The notes: generated from the sequence alone by a model not told the origin. DNA of 64,000 nucleotides from an uncultured virus (IMG/VR IMGVR_UViG_2627853969_000002) (IMGVR_UViG_2627853969_000002), one strand, 5' to 3'; counted from the stretch's first letter, positions 27,417-37,332 are shown. A program made the numbers and translations.

Positions 27417-29677
27417 TGGACTCCAACAAACATCGCAGCAACATCGAACGCCTCGAAATCCGCACAAGCCTGATCGCACGCCTGGAGTCCGTGTTGGCCA
27501 CCATGTTTCCATCGGGCAGCAAGCGCGGTGCAAAGTTCTTCATCGGCGACACGCTGGGCAACGCAGGCGACAGTCTCGAGGTGGTCCTGGCAGGAGACAA
27601 GGCGGGCCTGTGGATTGATCGTGCCACTGGCGAGGGTGGCGATCTCTTTGATCTGATCGCCGCCCACCTTGGTACCGACGTGCATACCGACTTCCCGAAG
27701 GTGCTGGATGAGGCCGCCGATCTACTCGGCCGCGTCCGTTCGGCGCCGGTGCGCAAGGCCAGCAGGCCAGTACCCGTGGCCGATCTCGGCCCCGCTACCG
27801 GCAAGTGGAACTACCTCGATGCCGACGGCAAGTTGATCGCCATCGTCTACCGCTACGACCCGCACGGGCGCAAGAAGCAATACAGGCCGTGGGATGCCAA
27901 GCGCGGCAAGATGACCCCACCCGACCCGCGCCCCCTGTACAACCAGCCGGGATTGGTGACGGCCAGCCAGGTCGTGCTGGTCGAAGGCGAAAAATGCGCG
28001 CAAGCCTTGATCGCCATCGGCGTTGTGGCGACCACCGCCATGAACGGTGCCAACGCCCCGATCAACAAGACCGACTGGTCGCCATTGGCGGGGAAGTCGG
28101 TGCTGATCTGGCCTGACCGCGACAAGCCGGGCTGGGACTACGCGACGCAGGCGGCGCAAGCCATTCTGTCGGCGGGAGCAACCTCCTGCCACATCCTCTA
28201 CCCGCCCGAGAATGCCGTGGCGGGCTGGGATGCGGCTGACGCGGTGGCTGAGGGTTTCGACATCGTCTCCTTCCTGGCACACGGTCCGCGCCTGCAGATG
28301 CACGCCATCGATGATGATGCCGCGCCTGTGGTCAGCAACGATGAATCGGTCTCAGGCACCGAGGATGCGCTGGCGCTGGCCTTTACCCGCCGCTACCACC
28401 GCGATTGGCGCTACGTCGCCATCTGGGGCCGCTGGCTGGTGTGGGACGGACAACGCTGGCGCACCGAGGATACGCTGGCAGCGACCGACCTGATCCGCAG
28501 CGTCTGCCGCCATGCGGCGGTCCACGCCGACAACGCAAAAATCGCCACCAAACTCGCCAGTGCCGGCACGGTCAGCGGTGTCGAACGGCTGGCGCGCGCT
28601 GATCGCCGGCATGCCGCCACCACCTCCGAATGGGACGCCGATCCATGGCTGCTCAATACGCCCGGCGGCGTGGTTGATCTCAGGACAGGCCGACGGCGCA
28701 CGCACGAACGCGCCGACCGGATGACCAAGATCACCACGGCCACGCCTGGCGATGGCTGCCCAATCTGGCAGAAGTTCCTCGCCGAGGTCACCGGCCAGGA
28801 CAACGAACTGCAAGCCTACCTGCAACGGATGGTCGGCTATGCACTCACCGGCTCCACGCAGGAACACGCGCTGTTCTTCCTGTACGGCACCGGTGCGAAC
28901 GGCAAATCGGTGTTCGTCAACACACTGGCCACCATCTTCGGCGACTACGCGGCCAACGCGCCGATGGACACGTTCATGGAGACACGCACCGACCGGCACC
29001 CGACCGACATGGCGGGACTGCGCGGTTCGCGCTTCGTGGCGGCCATCGAAACCGAACAGGGACGCCGCTGGGCCGAGTCGAAGCTGAAAAACCTCACCGG
29101 CGGCGACAAAATCTCCGCACGCTTCATGCGTCAGGACTTCTTTGAGTTCTTCCCACAGTTCAAGCTGTTCGTTGCCGGCAACCACAGGCCCGCCATCCGC
29201 AACATCGATGAAGCAATGAAGCGTCGGCTGCACCTGATCCCGTTCACGATCACCGTGCCAGCCGAGCGCCGCGACAAACATCTCCAAGAAAAGCTGTTGA
29301 ACGAACGCGACGGCATCCTCGGCTGGGCTGTCCAGGGATGCCTGCACTGGCAACGCCTCGGACGCCTCTCGCCACCGCAACAAGTCCTCCAAGCCACCGA
29401 GGAGTATTTCGAGGCCGAGGACGCGCTTGGCCGATGGATCAACGAACGCTGCGTGCGCCATGCCAATGCCAAGTCGCTCACTGCCGAGTTATTCAACGAC
29501 TGGAAGTTGTGGGCCGACGACGCAGGCGAGTTCATCGGCTCGCAGAAGCGCTTCGCTGATCTACTCCTGAACCGTGGTCTGGAGAAGTGGCGCAACTCGA
29601 CGGGCCTGCGTGGCTTCCGTGGCGTGGGTCTCAGGCACCTGCACACCCTCGCTGACACAGCCTACGACAACGGCTGA
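27413..29677 (+). CDS. TOPRIM primase / D5-like SF3 helicase (P4-family)
   Basis: VLVEGEK and WPDRD (TOPRIM); YGTGANGKS; LTGGDKISARFM. Confidence 0.93.
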   Translation: MMDSNKHRSNIERLEIRTSLIARLESVLATMFPSGSKRGAKFFIGDTLGNAGDSLEVVLAGDKAGLWIDRATGEGGDLFDLIAAHLGTDVHTDFPKVLDEAADLLGRVRSAPVRKASRPVPVADLGPATGKWNYLDADGKLIAIVYRYDPHGRKKQYRPWDAKRGKMTPPDPRPLYNQPGLVTASQVVLVEGEKCAQALIAIGVVATTAMNGANAPINKTDWSPLAGKSVLIWPDRDKPGWDYATQAAQAILSAGATSCHILYPPENAVAGWDAADAVAEGFDIVSFLAHGPRLQMHAIDDDAAPVVSNDESVSGTEDALALAFTRRYHRDWRYVAIWGRWLVWDGQRWRTEDTLAATDLIRSVCRHAAVHADNAKIATKLASAGTVSGVERLARADRRHAATTSEWDADPWLLNTPGGVVDLRTGRRRTHERADRMTKITTATPGDGCPIWQKFLAEVTGQDNELQAYLQRMVGYALTGSTQEHALFFLYGTGANGKSVFVNTLATIFGDYAANAPMDTFMETRTDRHPTDMAGLRGSRFVAAIETEQGRRWAESKLKNLTGGDKISARFMRQDFFEFFPQFKLFVAGNHRPAIRNIDEAMKRRLHLIPFTITVPAERRDKHLQEKLLNERDGILGWAVQGCLHWQRLGRLSPPQQVLQATEEYFEAEDALGRWINERCVRHANAKSLTAELFNDWKLWADDAGEFIGSQKRFADLLLNRGLEKWRNSTGLRGFRGVGLRHLHTLADTAYDNG

Positions 29678-29818
29678 ATGCCATTACGACACATCCGACT
29701 GACGCATTTGACGCACTACATCGTAAGTCCTACGCGTGCGTACGCGCGCGCACCTCACGGGGAGTTTCGATGTGACCCGTCCAATCTGTCAGTCGCTCCC
29801 GACTTGGAGCATTTGACG

Positions 29819-30283
29819 ATGAACACGACGATCCTGACCCTGGACCTGGGTACTCACACCGGGTGGGCGCTGCAGCACCTGGACGGCACCATCAACAGCG
29901 GCACCGAACATTTCACCCCGCAGCGGTTCGAAGGCGGCGGCATGCGCTTCCTGCGCTTCAAGCGCTGGCTCAACGAAGTGCTCTCCACATGCAATCACAT
30001 CCACACCGTGTACTTCGAGGAGGTGCGCCGACATGCCGGCGTCGATGCCGCCCATGCCTATGGCGGCTTCATGGGGCATCTGACCGCATGGTGCGAGCAC
30101 CACCAGATCCCCTACCAGGGCGTACCGGTCGGCACGATCAAGAAGCACGCCACCGGCAAGGGCAACGCCAGCAAAGACGACATGATCGCCTCGGCTCGGC
30201 GACGTGGTCATACCCCCATCGATGACAACCAAGCCGATGCACTGGCCCTGCTGCACTGGGTCATCGAGACACAAGGAGTGTGA
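29819..30283 (+). CDS. RuvC-like Holliday junction resolvase
   Basis: ILTLDLGTHTGWA, YFEEV, KKHATGKGNASK, DDNQADA. Confidence 0.8.
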   Translation: MNTTILTLDLGTHTGWALQHLDGTINSGTEHFTPQRFEGGGMRFLRFKRWLNEVLSTCNHIHTVYFEEVRRHAGVDAAHAYGGFMGHLTAWCEHHQIPYQGVPVGTIKKHATGKGNASKDDMIASARRRGHTPIDDNQADALALLHWVIETQGV

Positions 30284-30287
30284 CGTC

Positions 30288-30491
30288 ATGAAAACCCCAA
30301 CCCCGACCTACCGCAGCCCGCTTGGACGTTTCCAGCCAGAGCGCGTGGATGTGGAGACGATCAAACGGCAAGGATGGCGCGACCAAGCCATCTTGGTCAT
30401 CAACGCGCAGGATGAGCGGCTGGATTTCATCGAACGGGAAATCGTGCAGCGCATCGGCGAGCGTCTGTATGGGAGCAAGCGCCATGGTTAA
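30288..30491 (+). CDS. prophage hypothetical protein
   Basis: Fills the operon between the resolvase and the next gene. Confidence 0.65.
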   Translation: MKTPTPTYRSPLGRFQPERVDVETIKRQGWRDQAILVINAQDERLDFIEREIVQRIGERLYGSKRHG

Positions 30492-30912
30492 CCGGCATGC
30501 TCCGTGGACGATCCAGGAGATTGCGCATCGCTTCGAAGAGGCCGCCTCGACGGGGCGTCGACTGCCTTGCGTTCGCACACCCGGCTACTTCAACGCCTGG
30601 CCACACATCCTGCGGCAGCAGTGGGAAGCTTTCGCCACAGAGGATCGACCCTATCGCCCCTTTCCACCGAGCCCGCAGGATATCGACCGCATGCTCGAGA
30701 CGATGCGATGGGTGTTGTGGCTGGAAGTGGAACAACGTCACCTGGTATGGATGCGCGCCAAGCGCTACGGCTGGCGGGACATCACGACCCGCTTCGCCTG
30801 TGATCGCACCACGGCATGGCGACGTTGGCACAAGGCACTGGAGATCGTCGCCGAACAACTCAACCGCGACGGGCTGCGGTTGACTTCCAAAAACGTGGGC
30901 AACCCAGGGTAA
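30484..30912 (+). CDS. DUF6362-like protein with C-terminal HTH (possible late regulator)
   Basis: LVWMRAKRYGWRDITTRFACDRTTAWRRW; last gene before the late region. Confidence 0.7.
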   Translation: MVNRHAPWTIQEIAHRFEEAASTGRRLPCVRTPGYFNAWPHILRQQWEAFATEDRPYRPFPPSPQDIDRMLETMRWVLWLEVEQRHLVWMRAKRYGWRDITTRFACDRTTAWRRWHKALEIVAEQLNRDGLRLTSKNVGNPG

Positions 30913-31071
30913 TGCTTGCGCTGATTGTCCACGCTTTGCCATGCATGTCTGTTTTGACGTCATCGGAGCGTGCAACAACACAGGCCGTCCGGGGGTAGTA
31001 TTTCCGCTACCTTCTGGACAGACCTGTCAGCCACGCCACCCGGCATGGCGATACGGCTGGCCAACACCATC

Positions 31072-31107
31072 AACCCGCGCATGAGGACGACTCATGGCGG
31101 GTTTTTT
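31072..31107 (+). terminator. terminator-like hairpin before the MTase (also near 53443-53478)
   Basis: AACCCGC..CATGAG-loop-CTCATG.GCGGGTT followed by a T-run. Confidence 0.5.
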
Positions 31108-31122
31108 CATTTTCAGGCACCG

Positions 31123-32379
31123 ATGAGCGCACTGCAGATCCACTACCGCCCAGTCGATTCGCTGATTCCCTATGCCCGCAATGCCAAGCAGCATTCGCAG
31201 GCCCAGGTCGCGCAGATCGCCGCCAGCATCCGCGAATTCGGCTGGGGTGCGCCGATCCTGATCGATGGCCAGAACAATGTGATCGCCGGACACGGTCGTC
31301 TGTTGGCGGCCCGTCAGTTGGGCATGGTCGAGGTGCCGGTCGTCCCGTTGGATCACCTGAGCGACACGCAACGCCGCGCGCTGATCCTGGCCGACAACAA
31401 GATCGGCGAGAACGCCGCATGGGATGACAACCTGCTCGGCATCGAATTGTCCGAATTGCAAGACGCCGGCTTCGATCTCGGCCTGACCGGCTTCTCCCCA
31501 GAAGAATGGGAAGCACTGATCGCCGGTGACGACACCACCAAGGACGGGCTCACCAACGAGGACAATGTGCCGGACGCGCCCGAAACTCCGATCTCCAAAG
31601 CAGGCGACGTGTGGCTGCTGGGCGACCACAGACTGCTGTGCGGCGACGCCACCAAGGCGGACGACTACACGCAGCTGCTCGGCGACGAATTGCCCGACAT
31701 GGCCTTCACCGATCCCCCGTACAACGTGAATTACGCCAACACCACCAAGGACAAGGCAAGCAACAAGAGCCGTGCGATCCTGAACGACAACTTGGGCGAA
31801 GGCTTTGGCGGTTTCCTGACCGAGGCATGCTTCAACATCCTGGCCTGCACCAAGGGCGCGGTCTACATCGCTATGAGTTCCAGCGAACTGGATACGCTGC
31901 AGTCGGCTTTCCGTGCCGCTGGCGGTCACTGGTCGACTTTCATCATCTGGGCCAAAAACACCTTCACGATGGGCCGTGCGGATTACCAGCGTCAGTACGA
32001 GCCGATCCTGTACGGCTGGCGCAAGGGCATCGATCATTTTTGGTGCGGTGCCCGCGATCAAGGCGACGTCTGGCAGATCAAGAAACCGCAAAAGAACGAT
32101 CTGCATCCGACCATGAAACCCGTCGAATTGGTCGAGCGTGCCGTGCGCAACAGCAGCAAGACCAAGGACATCGTCCTCGATCCCTTCGGTGGCTCCGGCT
32201 CCACGCTCATCGCCTGCGAAAAGTCCGACCGGCGCGCGCGCTTGATCGAACTTGATCCGAAGTATGTCGACGTGATCGTGCGCCGCTGGCAGGACTACAC
32301 CGGGCAAGCAGCAATACGTGCCAGCGATGGTGTGAAATTCGGTTCAACGCTGGAGGCCGAGCAGCCAGGGATGGTGTAA
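31123..32379 (+). CDS. ParB-N domain + N6/N4 DNA methyltransferase
   Basis: IAGHGRL (ParB); TDPPYN, HPTMKP, LDPFGGSGST (beta-class MTase). Confidence 0.93.
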   Translation: MSALQIHYRPVDSLIPYARNAKQHSQAQVAQIAASIREFGWGAPILIDGQNNVIAGHGRLLAARQLGMVEVPVVPLDHLSDTQRRALILADNKIGENAAWDDNLLGIELSELQDAGFDLGLTGFSPEEWEALIAGDDTTKDGLTNEDNVPDAPETPISKAGDVWLLGDHRLLCGDATKADDYTQLLGDELPDMAFTDPPYNVNYANTTKDKASNKSRAILNDNLGEGFGGFLTEACFNILACTKGAVYIAMSSSELDTLQSAFRAAGGHWSTFIIWAKNTFTMGRADYQRQYEPILYGWRKGIDHFWCGARDQGDVWQIKKPQKNDLHPTMKPVELVERAVRNSSKTKDIVLDPFGGSGSTLIACEKSDRRARLIELDPKYVDVIVRRWQDYTGQAAIRASDGVKFGSTLEAEQPGMV

Positions 32380-32450
32380 ATCCCACTGCCAACCGCGCGA
32401 GTGCGCGGTTGGACTTGTTCAATGAGGGCGTCTATCGCATTGGCGCTGAT

Positions 32451-32669
32451 TCACTCATCCTCCCACACGCATAACGCCTTGTAACCCTCGACGGTGATGA
32501 CCCAGTCCTTGCCGACTCTCGTGATCAGCTTGAGATTCCTGAGGTCCTTGATCATCTGCTCGGGCGAACCGCATCTGACGTTGTCGTGAATCCAAATGAT
32601 TTTGCCCCCGTTGTAATCATGGGCGATGGACAGGATGGCGAGCTGCTCTAGTGTGACGTGAACTTTCAT
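32451..32669 (-). CDS. 72-aa paralogue of the N-terminal domain of the DUF3489 protein
   Basis: AILSIAH..GKIIW..DN..WVITVEGYKAL vs AILAHAH..GKITW..DN..WIITAEGYKAL; RBS GAGG. Confidence 0.65.
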   Translation of the reverse strand: MKVHVTLEQLAILSIAHDYNGGKIIWIHDNVRCGSPEQMIKDLRNLKLITRVGKDWVITVEGYKALCVWEDE

Positions 32670-32830
32670 TTTAGTCGTCCTCGACGTGTTGGTTGGTGCT
32701 TGCATGTACGCTCTAATCACCTAAAAATCCAAGTGGTTTTTGCACATTTTCTGCTTATTTTTTGCTTTCTTCTCGAACAGGCTCCGATGCCCCGCGAAGC
32801 CTTAACGCCCTGCCGTTTTCACCCTCTTTT

Positions 32831-33301
32831 TCATTCGATTCGGTAAATACGCTCACCACCAGGCGCTTTATCCGAGATAATGCTCAAACCAAGCTTTTTC
32901 TTGAATGCGCCGGCAAACGTGCCGCGCACCGTATGTGATTGCCAGCCGGTTTTCTCGCAAATCTGCGCGATGGTGGCGCCTTCAGGGCGCTTGAGCATGG
33001 CGATCACCTGCGCCTGCTTGCTGTTCTCGCGAGTACGTGGCTTGGCTTGTGCGATGACGGCATCTATCTCTTTTTCGCTGATTGGCGCCTTGCGTGGCAA
33101 ACCCAACGCCTTGTAGCCCTCGGCGGTGATGATCCAGACGTTGCGGGCTTGCTTGATAAATGCGCGATTGAAGAGTGATTCGAGCACTTTTTTGCGCGCA
33201 CCACCGTTAAGATTGTCGGGAACCCAAGTGATCTTGCCCTCGGTGTGCTGATGGGCGTGGGCAAGGATGGCGTGCTGGGTTGGTGTGAGCTGGGTGGTCA
33301 T
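32831..33301 (-). CDS. DUF3489 family protein
   Basis: RENSKQAQVIAMLKRPEGATI...GWQSHTVRG. Confidence 0.88.
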   Translation of the reverse strand: MTTQLTPTQHAILAHAHQHTEGKITWVPDNLNGGARKKVLESLFNRAFIKQARNVWIITAEGYKALGLPRKAPISEKEIDAVIAQAKPRTRENSKQAQVIAMLKRPEGATIAQICEKTGWQSHTVRGTFAGAFKKKLGLSIISDKAPGGERIYRIE

Positions 33302-33408
33302 TTGAATCTACCTCGACGTGTTGGTTGGTGGTCGCATGAACGCTCCAATCAAGTAGAAAGCCAAGTAGTTTTTGCAGATTTTTTGCTTCTTTCTTAAACA
33401 GGCCCTCG

Positions 33409-33759
33409 ATGCCCCGCAAAGCCCCCACGCCCTGCCGCCACCCTGGTTGCGGCAAGCTGGTTTCGGATGGTTCTGGTTACTGCCCCGACCATCAACGTGA
33501 CAAGGTGGGATGGCACAAAGATCATCGCAATGCACATCAACGCGGCTACGGCGCGAAGTGGCAGAAACTGCGCGCCGTCGTCATGCACCGCGATCAAGGA
33601 CTGTGCCAACCATGCAAACAATCAGGACGCTTGACGCCGGCCGTGGCGGTGGACCACATCGTCCCAAAGTCACACGGTGGCACTGATCATCCAAACAACT
33701 GCCAGTCGATCTGCCATCGCTGTCACGTACTCAAGACGGCGCAGGAATCGCGTCAGTAA
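33409..33759 (+). CDS. phage HNH endonuclease (terminase cofactor, gp74-like)
   Basis: RGYGAKW, CQPC, VDHIVPK..GG, N..C..CH..KT. Confidence 0.92.
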   Translation: MPRKAPTPCRHPGCGKLVSDGSGYCPDHQRDKVGWHKDHRNAHQRGYGAKWQKLRAVVMHRDQGLCQPCKQSGRLTPAVAVDHIVPKSHGGTDHPNNCQSICHRCHVLKTAQESRQ

Positions 33760-33823
33760 CGCGAAGATGCTGGATGAAGACAATCTGGAAAGATGCACTA
33801 TGACAATGGTCATGGCATGCTCG

Positions 33824-33911
33824 ATTCACTGCCGTGTAGGCAGCTCAGAAAATGCAGCGCCAGGTACTGCGCGACATGGGCCGGTTCACTGCCGTGTAGG
33901 CAGCTCATGCA
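33824..33911 (+). CRISPR. type I-F mini-array: two 28-bp repeats and one 32-bp spacer, no cas genes in window
   Basis: R1 ATTCACTGCCGTGTAGGCAGCTCAGAAA (33824-33851); spacer ATGCAGCGCCAGGTACTGCGCGACATGGGCCG (33852-33883); R2 GTTCACTGCCGTGTAGGCAGCTCATGCA (33884-33911). Confidence 0.9.
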
Positions 33912-33940
33912 ATGTTCGGGGCATCAACCGGACTCGATGC

Positions 33941-34032
33941 TGGGTAGGGGGGTCAAATACTTGCGATGCAATCGCAAAAGACCGCTCGCCCCATCAATTT
34001 TTCGCGCGTGCAAAATGAAAAACTTTTTTTTA
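33941..34032 (+). other. putative cos packaging region
   Basis: GGGTAGGGGGGTCAAAT...GACCGCTCGCCCC...A/T tracts between HNH and terS, where HK97-like cos sites lie. Confidence 0.5.
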
Positions 34033-34171
34033 AACAGATCCGTGTCAGAGCTAAGCGTTGCAAGGGACTACAAGGCGAACTTGGTGCAGATCGGACAGAT
34101 CGATGTGACGCCATGGACTGCGGCAGCTCACGCGGGCATGACCCCAGCCAAACCTGTACAACTGGAACCCT

Positions 34172-34636
34172 ATGCGCGGCCGTAAACCTCTGCCTGTGGC
34201 AATCAAGAAGATCAAAGGTACGCTGCAAAAATGCCGAACCAACACGTATGAGCCCCGTCCCGAGGGTCAGTTGGGTGAACCCCCGGAGTACATGTCTGAC
34301 ATTGCCAAGGAGGCATGGATCTATGCGGTAGAGAACGCACCGCTGGGTTTGTTTTCTTCCCTTGATGCCACGGTACTGGAACGTTGGGCCAATTGCGCAG
34401 GTCTGTACCGCGAGGCGCTGGCCAAGATCAACCGATCTGGTGTCGCCGGCATGATCATCAAAACCCCCAGTGGCATCTTGCGGCGCTCCCCGCTAATGGA
34501 TGTGATCCGAGATCTCGCGTTGGAGATGAAGGGATACGAGTCGGAGATGGGGTTCACTCCTGCATCCCGATCACGCGTCCAGGTCGCGCAGGAGTCGGTC
34601 GATAAGCACGACCCCTGGGCGGACATAGCCGGGTAG
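34172..34636 (+). CDS. terS: terminase small subunit (P27 family)
   Basis: MRGRKPLP..K..KG; EMGFTPASRSR. Confidence 0.9.
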   Translation: MRGRKPLPVAIKKIKGTLQKCRTNTYEPRPEGQLGEPPEYMSDIAKEAWIYAVENAPLGLFSSLDATVLERWANCAGLYREALAKINRSGVAGMIIKTPSGILRRSPLMDVIRDLALEMKGYESEMGFTPASRSRVQVAQESVDKHDPWADIAG

Positions 34637-34787
34637 GTAACGCGATTACCACCACACCCACTACACCACGCTGAGCTACGCCATGTGCAGCCGAGCAGCG
34701 TACGCGTCGGTCAAGCGAGCGCAGCCGTCCTCCTTGCCATTTGGCCGGCCTTGCGTTTGTCCTTCAATCGGTAGCTCTCGCTGCTAA

Positions 34788-37332
34788 CCACAGCACCTGC
34801 CGCTGTCGATGCTAGACCCGTCAACACATCGGCCAGTGGCCCGGTCACGCCAGCATTGCGTAGCGCCTTGGCCACCGCCGGTGCTGTGAGCGTCCCGACT
34901 GTTGCGCCTGCGGCGCCACCCACCCCACAACCGCCCTCCGCAGCGTGCCATTGGTACCCCACTGGCTGTCCAGTTGGTCGGCCTGGGCGATCAATTGCGC
35001 CTTCTGTTCTGGGTCGTTGGTGGTGCCGGCTGTAGCCGCATGGCCGCCGCTTCATTCGTCTTCTGCTCGGCGTAATCGCCAATCGCCTTGCCGGCCTGCT
35101 GCCCTAACGTCGCCATGATTTCGGCACCAACCGTGACTTGCTGTTGCAGTTGCTTCCCTTTCCAGTCCTTGACCAGCCCGTTGCCGCTGTCGCCAGTATG
35201 CACGCCGCGGTCGAGGGCGACCATGGTCTCGGCCACGCTGTACCCGCTCGTGGTTTGCTGCCCCGCCGCATCGGTGATCGTCAGTACGCCGCAGCTTATC
35301 CCGCTGTGGGTGATCGAGGTCTGGCTGCCGCTATTGCTGTCGTGGCCGGCACCTGTTTTTCGCACCCCGCTGTCCTGGGTCTGCCAAGACTAATCGCTGC
35401 CCTGGCTGCTGCTCGCTCCATCGCTTTTACCATTGCTGCCGCCGGCCGCATATCCGCCCGACACGCTGACCCCAGTCGCGCTTTAGTGGCTGGTGTTAGT
35501 GATATCAGCCACCGTCAGCGTGCCGGTGCTCAGTCGGTTGCAGCCCTGGTCTATGGCACCCTGGGTGTTGACGATCACCCCGCCCTTCAGGTCAGTGCTG
35601 CCGTGCACGGTTATGTCGAACCCGCCATCGCCGGCCTGGATGTCGATCCGCTCCGTCACGCTGGCAAAGTCGCCATCGACCTTGGTATGGCTGTAACTGG
35701 CACTGCCCCAATGCCCACGGTGACGCTGCCGCCAGCAGCGGTGTCGTGGCTGGCGTAGTGGCTGGTGTCCTGCTCGCTGTACATGTGCAGGTCCCCGCCA
35801 ACATCCGCCATCACCTTATTCGCCGACAAAACCGCGCCATCCAGCGTGATGTCGTTGCCGCTGATAATCGTGGCGGTGTTGCCTGCGGAGAGATGGCTGT
35901 TGCGTTGGGTCACGTCCGTGCCATCGGCCTTGCCGTGCACGCTGCTGGCGCTGGCGGTCACACCCGCCGCCATGCCGTCCGCGCCATAGCTGATCACCAC
36001 GCCGATCGCCGCGCTGCCACTCTTGCTATGGCTGTGCTGTTCGCTGCTGTCCTGTGCCGACTCCACCGTGATGTAGTGGTCGGCTGCCAACAGCAGGGTG
36101 TTGCACGCCTTGAGGTCGCTGCTGCGGATCAGGAGGTTGCTGTCCTCGCCGCCGCTGGTGGCGATCAGGTTGACGTTGACGCAAGCATGTAGGGTCGAGC
36201 CCTTGCTGATGTCGCTGTGCTGCTCGCTCTGGCTGCGGCTGCGGCTGCCGCCCAAGGTGATGGCGATGTTGAGGCCAGCCACTTGTGCGGCATCCTTGGC
36301 GCTGTTGGCCTAGAGCGCGGCCCAGCGACGCCCCCCCATAAGCGCTGTACGCCGCCGATGCCACGGCCAGCGCCTGCATCCGCGCATCGCCCTTGGCTTG
36401 GCTGCACACCGTGCTGCCGGTGTGGGTCAACGTGTTGCTAGTGGCATCGGTCCTGATCAATTACTTGCCAATGGTGAAATTGGCACCGCCGTCGCCGAAC
36501 ACGCCGTGTTTCGTGCGCTGGCTGTCGTGGTCCTCGCTGTGCGTGTTCTGCGCCGTTTCAAGGATCACCGCCAGCACCACGTCGCCCGCGCCTTGCACTA
36601 TCGTTGTGACATACGTGGTCTCGCTGCTGCGTTGTGGTAGTTGCGCGAGTTGTCGGTGATATCGGTGCTGTGCTCGAGCGTCTGCGTGCCCAGGGTCTGG
36701 TCGTGACCGGCCACCAGTTGGATCACCCCGTCGGTGCCGGCGTTGCGCACCTGCGCGCCCTGCAGAGTCACGTCGCCACCACACACCACCGACAGCATGC
36801 CACTGCCATTGGTGCCGGTGACGTACAAGCCTGCCACGCTTGCGATCTGCGTGGTCGCGTATTGGTGCTCGCCGCCGCATTGATGCTCAACGCATCTACA
36901 GCGCTCACGCTGGCGACCTGGATGCGGATATAGCTGACTGAGGTCAGCGCTACTTGATTGCCGCTGATGCTGTAGCCCAGTTGGTCGATACGACAGGCAT
37001 CCAGGGACACCAACTGACGACCAGCGATGGTGCCGGTGTTGGTCAGCGTGCTGCTCAGCTGCGCATCGACGTTGGCAATAACCCTCCAGGAAGAGAGGCC
37101 CGGTCAGTTGCCCGATCTGCTCGCGCACCAACTTCTGTTCGTAGTAGCCATCGCCCAGGCGTTGTTGCAGGGTGTCGGCGTTGTAGCCCATCTGCCGCAG
37201 TTGCGCGTCCGTACTCAGCAAGACGCGGTAATTGGTGAGGCGTGGATCGGTCTCCACCAGCGCGTGGCCGCCGTAGGGTTGCACGCTGAACAGGCTGGCG
37301 CCGGGCAGCTTCGTGTCCGGGGTGCCAATCAC
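34788..37332 (-). pseudogene. cdiA: decayed cdiA / filamentous haemagglutinin
   Basis: LVETDPR..RLGDGYYEQKLVREQI, haemagglutinin repeats and a pre-toxin region homologous to 1850-2204, split by frameshifts and deletions; no toxin tip. Confidence 0.85.

Larger units (their letters stand above)
20222..34636. mobile_element. prophage copy B (recombinase module to terS; truncated)
   Basis: Gap-free run of LSR, regulators, primase, resolvase, MTase, HNH and terS; no terL follows. Confidence 0.85.

Noticed and set aside
29678..29818. N-terminal extension of the resolvase ORF (MPLRHIR...)
   Set aside because: GGAG RBS and the family motif point to ATG 29819; the upstream part looks like a cis element.
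34117..34130. ACTGCGGCAGCTCA as a third CRISPR repeat
   Set aside because: Lacks the loop, part of the stem and the 5' GTTC, and is not at a 60-bp period from the array.
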